Below are positions 17,335 through 20,000 of a DNA stretch of 20,000 bases, in pieces (position 1 is the first letter of the stretch; each line of letters begins with the position of its first letter). The position numbers and the translations under genes are program-made. Source of the stretch: an uncultured virus (IMG/VR IMGVR_UViG_3300025133_000082) (taxonomy: Duplodnaviria > Heunggongvirae > Uroviricota > Caudoviricetes); the IMG/VR virus record IMGVR_UViG_3300025133_000082; one strand, 5' to 3'. A model generated the notes under the pieces. That model did not search any database. It saw only the letters and a program-made list of their open reading frames with translations, and was not told the DNA's origin.

Positions 17335-17363
17335 ATTATGGATGAAGTATAACAACTTTTCAA
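17335..17363 (-). promoter_or_regulatory. Candidate sigma70-like promoter for the scaffold-capsid genes
   Basis: TTGAAA (17363..17358) - 17 nt - CATAAT (17340..17335). An extended -10-like TGTTATACT (17354..17346) is nested inside it. Confidence 0.4.
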
Positions 17364-17370
17364 AAAAAAG

Positions 17371-18336
17371 TTAAATATATAAAGGTTCTATAGAACACAT
17401 ACAGTTAGGATGAGGGATCGAAGGGAAGCTATTCGCCATGTATAAACCAAGAATACTAACCCCTGATGGGATTACGTCTTCTACCCCTAATCCCGTACCT
17501 ACCGCTAAAACTTCACAAACTTCAGCACCACCATAAGAGACATGAGAAGCACTTAGCCTCCAATATGCTAGAGAGATATTTTTTATTTTCATAACCTCAA
17601 GTGTAGCCTCGTGAATCGCCCTGTTTTGCTCTGTTCTACTTATCCGAGCAACCCCCCTTGAGACACAAGCACCCCCAGACCCCTTTGGATCAATTAACTT
17701 TTTCTTCAAAACCGAACGGTAATTGAACCTCTCTACAAAGGTCTTATCCATTAACTTAGATAACTCCCCCTCCATGTTCGCCCCCAACGCCCCCAAACGA
17801 TTCGCGGTCGTCTTATTGTTATAACCCGTCTTCTTCTTATAAACAGAAACTGCAATCTTAGAAGATAAGTCTTCTATCTCCTTCATAGAGAGAAGATCTC
17901 CCTTAGGAGAACCCCGCCTAACCCCTATAAGATAAGTCTTTACACTACCCTTCAGGTTCTTAAATATCTCATCACGAGCATCCCGTACAACACCCCTAAC
18001 AATCTTATCAAGTTTAAGGGTTAAATCTGTCTTTTCGACAACTTTTAACTTCCCCTCTTTGTCTCTCTTACTCTTCAATTCCACCTTATGTATCTCTACC
18101 TCGAATTTATTTATACCCTCTTGGACTAAACCCCGTATCCGACCCTCCTGCCGAGACAAACGGTTAAGGATACGCCTCTTAGCATCACGCACCTCACCAT
18201 TCTTCTCTCCTTTTCTAACGCTACGAGGCTTTGAAGTTAAAACCTGTGTTGTACCATCCGAAAGGCGAATAATGTGCTTAGAAGAGATCGTACCTGTCTT
18301 AGATGAACTCTTTGGAGTAAATCTCTTACTCGACAT
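17371..18336 (-). CDS. Minor head / head morphogenesis protein (Mu gpF / SPP1 gp7-like)
   Basis: Follows the portal with an 11-nt overlap. C-terminal RISRTEQNRA, WRLSASH...C and PHPNCMC motifs. Confidence 0.85.
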   Translation of the reverse strand: MSSKRFTPKSSSKTGTISSKHIIRLSDGTTQVLTSKPRSVRKGEKNGEVRDAKRRILNRLSRQEGRIRGLVQEGINKFEVEIHKVELKSKRDKEGKLKVVEKTDLTLKLDKIVRGVVRDARDEIFKNLKGSVKTYLIGVRRGSPKGDLLSMKEIEDLSSKIAVSVYKKKTGYNNKTTANRLGALGANMEGELSKLMDKTFVERFNYRSVLKKKLIDPKGSGGACVSRGVARISRTEQNRAIHEATLEVMKIKNISLAYWRLSASHVSYGGAEVCEVLAVGTGLGVEDVIPSGVSILGLYMANSFPSIPHPNCMCSIEPLYI

Positions 18337-19909
18337 CCGCTATCCTCGACTTAGTTACGCTTATAGAGTTACTCGTCACATCGGGATTCGGCCTCTTAGG
18401 GTTAGGATTACCACTAGGCTCTTTCTTCTCTTCAACGAGATCTTCAAAACCTATATCGGCCTCCTCTCCAAACTTTTGACCTAATTCAAACTCCATCTCC
18501 GCTTGAATTTCACGCTCTTCTTTCAAATCAGCAGTGATCTTCTCAATCTCCCGCTGAGAGAAACCTAACTTCTGTAATTCATATCTCTTACTGGTTAGAC
18601 CAACATCAAGACGCTTTGAAGCTCTGTCCAATTCTATAGACTCGTCCCTCGGTAAAGGACTAGGGAAGATCACTTCGTTCCTAAACCTATTATTGATAGA
18701 TAACTTCTCAAACTTCCTACCAAAATCATTATCAGCGATACTCGTGATCTTCATCATCAACCTGTTCACTAATCGAAGACCCGCCCCATAGGTCTGAATC
18801 TTAACCTGACGATTCTCCAACATCGGCATATATCTCATAGATACAGAAGCCCCCGTCTCCCTGTTATTTACATTACTCGTCAACGCGATCTGAGGAACAC
18901 CACCAACCTCGTGCATAGCCTGCTTCACCCTGTCTAAATACTCAAGACTACTCTTCAACTCTCCTCCAAGAGCCAAATTTTCAACCTCCGCATTCTCAGG
19001 TAAACCCCACATTCTGTTTGGCCCCTTCTCAAGAGAAGTTAATTTAGCACCCTTCACAATCGTCACAGGACTACCATGATAATTAATCACATCAGAGATG
19101 TCCGTAGACTTCTCGTTGTACTCCCTCTGTAACTTTATAATATCACAAAGGTCACTTCGCCCATAAAACTCACCCGCCATTGGGTAATTCGGAATATGGA
19201 CAATAGGGATCTCGCCTAGAGGATTGATTTTAGTAATCACCTGACCTTCTGGGGTGTAGTGTATCACCTTATCTTTATACCAACGCTCACCGTACCACTC
19301 GACAGAGTTAGAGGGAATATCCCCAAAACTCTTAGTGTGTGCATCACCATTCTTAAATCTAGGGAATAAGATTAAAATCGAGTCGACCTGCTTCCTGTCT
19401 ACACCATGTGGCCCACCAAAAGAAGGAAACACATACTGAGAAGGTAATACGTCAACTCGCGCATAAGGTGGCTCAATCGGATCACTGTCCTCCCAACTCA
19501 CTCTTATAAAGACATCTCCCGTTATAGAACCCATCTGCGCCATCTCAAACGCTACAAGTTCCTTACGGTTACGCTCCCATGTCTTCTCCAACATCAAACG
19601 TATAAACTCTCTGTCTTCATCCTCTTTAGAAGCTGTCGCTGGGTCATCAGGGATCGTTATCAAAAAACCCGACTTCATTAAGAAGTTCACCTGCGCGTCC
19701 ACAAATCTTCGACAATAATTAATCGTTAATAGAGGCTCGTTTATGTCCCTATTGTGATCCCATTGGTTGCCCTTATAAAAACGCTGGTACTCACGATAAC
19801 GTGTTAAACGCTCACTATGCTCCACCTCTGTGTTCGTCACGAGATGAAAAACAGTAGAGCCTGATTGTCCATACGGAGTAGATCCAATTATACCCTTACT
19901 AAAAGCCAT
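18326..19909 (-). CDS. Portal protein (SPP1 gp6-like)
   Basis: 527 aa with RFYKGNQW, INYCRRFVD, GSITGDVF, NPLGEIPIVHIPN...GRSDL and VIFPSPLPRD. SD GAGGTG upstream. Confidence 0.92.
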   Translation of the reverse strand: MAFSKGIIGSTPYGQSGSTVFHLVTNTEVEHSERLTRYREYQRFYKGNQWDHNRDINEPLLTINYCRRFVDAQVNFLMKSGFLITIPDDPATASKEDEDREFIRLMLEKTWERNRKELVAFEMAQMGSITGDVFIRVSWEDSDPIEPPYARVDVLPSQYVFPSFGGPHGVDRKQVDSILILFPRFKNGDAHTKSFGDIPSNSVEWYGERWYKDKVIHYTPEGQVITKINPLGEIPIVHIPNYPMAGEFYGRSDLCDIIKLQREYNEKSTDISDVINYHGSPVTIVKGAKLTSLEKGPNRMWGLPENAEVENLALGGELKSSLEYLDRVKQAMHEVGGVPQIALTSNVNNRETGASVSMRYMPMLENRQVKIQTYGAGLRLVNRLMMKITSIADNDFGRKFEKLSINNRFRNEVIFPSPLPRDESIELDRASKRLDVGLTSKRYELQKLGFSQREIEKITADLKEEREIQAEMEFELGQKFGEEADIGFEDLVEEKKEPSGNPNPKRPNPDVTSNSISVTKSRIADVE

Positions 19910-20000
19910 TATTCACCTCAGTCCCACTTAAAGTGTAAATTTGTAGATCCCTTTGATCTTAATTGATTTTTTTCTATTCTACCTCTAATCATACTATTTA

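Noticed and set aside
17142..17363. 73-aa ORF and the extended 90-aa start (17355) of the small ORF
   Set aside because: The starts fall in the AT-rich promoter-like gap without an SD. The ATG at 17286 has a well-spaced GGAGG.
2208..18484. All plus-strand ORFs in the track (e.g. 6626..7189, 15704..16213, 18059..18484, 9099..9332)
   Set aside because: They lie antisense to well-supported minus-strand structural genes and show no recognisable motifs, so they are shadow ORFs.
1..20000. Stop-codon reassignment, CRISPR arrays, tRNA/rRNA genes, introns/inteins, DGR repeats
   Set aside because: TAA, TAG and TGA all terminate full-length genes under the standard code. Coding density leaves no room for arrays or RNA genes, and I noticed no long repeats or splice motifs by eye.
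19910..20000. TAAATA at the extreme right edge (minus strand) as a T4-type late promoter for the portal
   Set aside because: The motif is truncated by the window edge and I did not see TATAAATA in the other intergenic gaps, so it cannot be supported.

Overview
This window is the virion morphogenesis cluster of a contractile-tailed bacteriophage (or prophage), with every real gene on the minus strand. In transcription order it encodes: portal, MuF/SPP1-gp7-like minor head protein, a small 67-aa ORF, scaffold, N4-gp56-type major capsid, neck proteins (one fused to an FN3 domain), tail terminator, sheath, gp19-like tube, and a tail assembly chaperone with an apparent programmed -1 frameshift. 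These are followed by the tape measure protein, a CIS-type tube initiator, a LysM protein, a gpD-like hub with a large insertion, a T4-gp5-like spike and a putative spike-associated protein. The tail genes look like those of extracellular contractile injection systems (Afp/PVC) but sit beside a full head module. The most unusual element is missing from the ORF track. It is a membrane-anchored class III nucleotide cyclase with non-canonical active-site residues (784 to <1, runs off the window), which overlaps the stop codon of a small membrane/coiled-coil gene directly after the spike genes. All family assignments come from motif recognition and synteny, not database searches.
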